Shown here: one piece after another, positions 62,377 through 64,000 of the stretch
Layout: every line of letters starts with the position of its first letter
How positions within the stretch are numbered: the stretch's first letter is position 1
Source of the DNA: an uncultured Methanoregulaceae archaeon
GTDB taxonomy: Archaea; Halobacteriota; Methanomicrobia; Methanomicrobiales; Methanospirillaceae
Length of the DNA: 64,000 nt
NCBI GenBank assembly: GCA_963841015.1
Contig: CAWJAX010000005.1
Location: forward strand, 512,001-576,000
Reading direction: 5' to 3'
Notes under the pieces: model-generated
The model's database searches: none
Told to the model about the DNA's origin: nothing
The model's input: only the letters and a program-made list of their open reading frames with translations
Program-made: the position numbers and the translations under genes

Positions 62377-63711
62377 TTATCGTCTCTTCAGTTTTGCAGC
62401 AATCCATTTCCGCTTCATCCAGAGCACAATGCCAATTATGATGATAATTCCTGCAGCAATGACAGGATAGAAGGAACTGATACCTCCTCCCCTGCTGCCC
62501 CCAAATCCGAAAATACTACCTCCGCCCGGCGGGCCTCCACTGAAGCCGCCACTATTTCTTGCAGCGGAACTTCCTGTTGTTGCCGGGGTTACACTGCCGG
62601 ATGAACTTACGGAACCGCCGGATACGGTGCCTGTGCTTCCGGAACCGGCATTTGTCCTGAGATTAAGGTTTTTTGTGATGCTGAACGAGTTCCCGTCATT
62701 ATCTTTCCAGGTAATGACGAGGGGCACCGATGACAGGTCGGTTGCAGTAAAGGTAATCTCGAAACTCGAAAAGTCATCGGCTGCAAGCGAACCGATTGCG
62801 TACTGTGCATAGGGTTCTACAGCTTTTGCGGGTGCACCCACGGTTACAATCATCGATTTCGCATCGGTAAGGCCGGCATTATTTACGTCTCCGGTGAGGG
62901 TATAGGATGTTCCGAAAGATGCGAGTTCAACATTGTTGACCACGGGGATGGCCGCTTTTTTATTATCTCCCAGGATTATTGGCAGGACAATATCGGCAGT
63001 GTGATCATTGTCGCCGTTCTGGTAGCTGATATGGAAATTGAGACTGGATTGCTGGTTAGGAGTGACAGAAAACGGGATCTCAACAGAACTTTGTCCATTC
63101 AGTATGCTGACATATTTCTGGGACGGGCTTACATCAATTCCCTGGCCGGTGGGAGTAATAATAATATTTTTTATTGCTGCGCTACGGGGATTGATAATGT
63201 TCAGGGTTACGGTATCTTTTGTCGATAATGCAAAATTATCGGGTTTTTGCGAGATGCTCGTTTGGATATCCGCGGAATCAACTTTGATTGTAATGGGATA
63301 ATGGATGCTCCCGGCATTTTGCGCACCTACGGTAAACAGCGGAAAATAGGTCCCGTCCGGCGGATCTGCCTTTACCAGGAACGAGTACGTTATGGTCGAT
63401 CCCGGCCCGATAAAACTCATGGTGTTCCAGCTATCCTTGTTCATGATATGGATCTTTTCGCTCAGGATGTCCGGATTTGAGAGCCCGACGGAAGATGTAC
63501 CTGAATTGGCAAGCGTTACGGAGATGGTTCCCTGTTCATAAGGATAGAATACCTCAGGATCAATTTTTACCGATGATACATACACCAGCGATGCTGCATC
63601 CTGTGCGGTGGTCGAGGTACTATCTGATGAGGTGGCCAGGGTTGCTGCGTGTGCAGATGATATCAATACTATCAGTATTATCAGACAGGAAATGACGGAT
63701 TTTCCCTTCAT
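62377..63711 (-). CDS. Secreted COG1361/S-layer-like Ig-domain protein with C-terminal membrane anchor
   Basis: Signal peptide, beta-rich domains (IGSLAADDFSSFE), Gly/Ser linker, TM helix followed by a basic tail; co-oriented with the ABC genes. Confidence 0.75.
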   Translation of the reverse strand: MKGKSVISCLIILIVLISSAHAATLATSSDSTSTTAQDAASLVYVSSVKIDPEVFYPYEQGTISVTLANSGTSSVGLSNPDILSEKIHIMNKDSWNTMSFIGPGSTITYSFLVKADPPDGTYFPLFTVGAQNAGSIHYPITIKVDSADIQTSISQKPDNFALSTKDTVTLNIINPRSAAIKNIIITPTGQGIDVSPSQKYVSILNGQSSVEIPFSVTPNQQSSLNFHISYQNGDNDHTADIVLPIILGDNKKAAIPVVNNVELASFGTSYTLTGDVNNAGLTDAKSMIVTVGAPAKAVEPYAQYAIGSLAADDFSSFEITFTATDLSSVPLVITWKDNDGNSFSITKNLNLRTNAGSGSTGTVSGGSVSSSGSVTPATTGSSAARNSGGFSGGPPGGGSIFGFGGSRGGGISSFYPVIAAGIIIIIGIVLWMKRKWIAAKLKRR

Positions 63712-64000
63712 ATTTCCTCCGGTTTTGTATTCAGGTTCATGGTGACGTGTCCTTTGATTTTCATGAATGCACTGTCATGATGTAATTTATATACGACATT
63801 TTGCCATTTAAAAGTTTCTAAATATCTGGTATAAGTAACAATTATAAGGGAAAACGAACCTATTAGTATTAACCTTCAGATCTTCAGGCCTGAATTTTTT
63901 GACCTTGGCAGGACACTCCTAAAGGCTCAAAAAAAAGGTAAGGTGACCATTAACAGAGTGACAGTATGAAAAAAAATACCTTCTATCTTATATTCGGATG

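Noticed and set aside
1-64000. CRISPR arrays, tRNA/rRNA genes, transposases; long antisense ORFs over mcr, fwd and ribosomal genes
   Set aside because: I saw no regularly spaced repeats, cloverleafs or transposase motifs. The antisense ORFs are shadows of strong codon bias.

Overview
Core chromosome of a hydrogenotrophic methanogenic archaeon, most likely Methanomicrobiales (Methanoregula-like). This is inferred from the mtrA/mtrA-G fusion layout, the fwdGF-hdrCBA-mvhD-fwdDBAC cluster and the absence of L34e/L14e. From left to right the window holds: the 5' part of a divergent tubulin/FtsZ-family gene, mer, a GalT-like gene, mtd and tfx; a ~570-nt structured non-coding leader and the S10-spc ribosomal superoperon (rpl3 to cmk); a GNAT/DUF2156 pair, MarC, an APC permease and a double rubredoxin; the mtr operon, a radical SAM/SPASM gene and a small membrane gene; mcrBDCGA, the Fwd/Hdr/MvhD cluster and ftr; an 8-gene overlapping operon; then a PEGA lipoprotein, a membrane protein and an ABC exporter with an S-layer-like partner. 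The most interesting feature is the 8-gene operon. It interleaves the known coenzyme B chain-elongation genes (aksA, D, E, F) with four uncharacterised genes (marker protein 11, a radical SAM enzyme, an orphan TPP enzyme and a Cys-rich protein), which are plausible candidates for the unassigned late steps of coenzyme B synthesis. Other points of note are the large structured rpl3 leader and two families of dispersed palindromic intergenic repeats. About a dozen single-base frameshifts in essential genes are most likely sequencing or assembly errors. All assignments come from motif recognition by eye; no database search was run.
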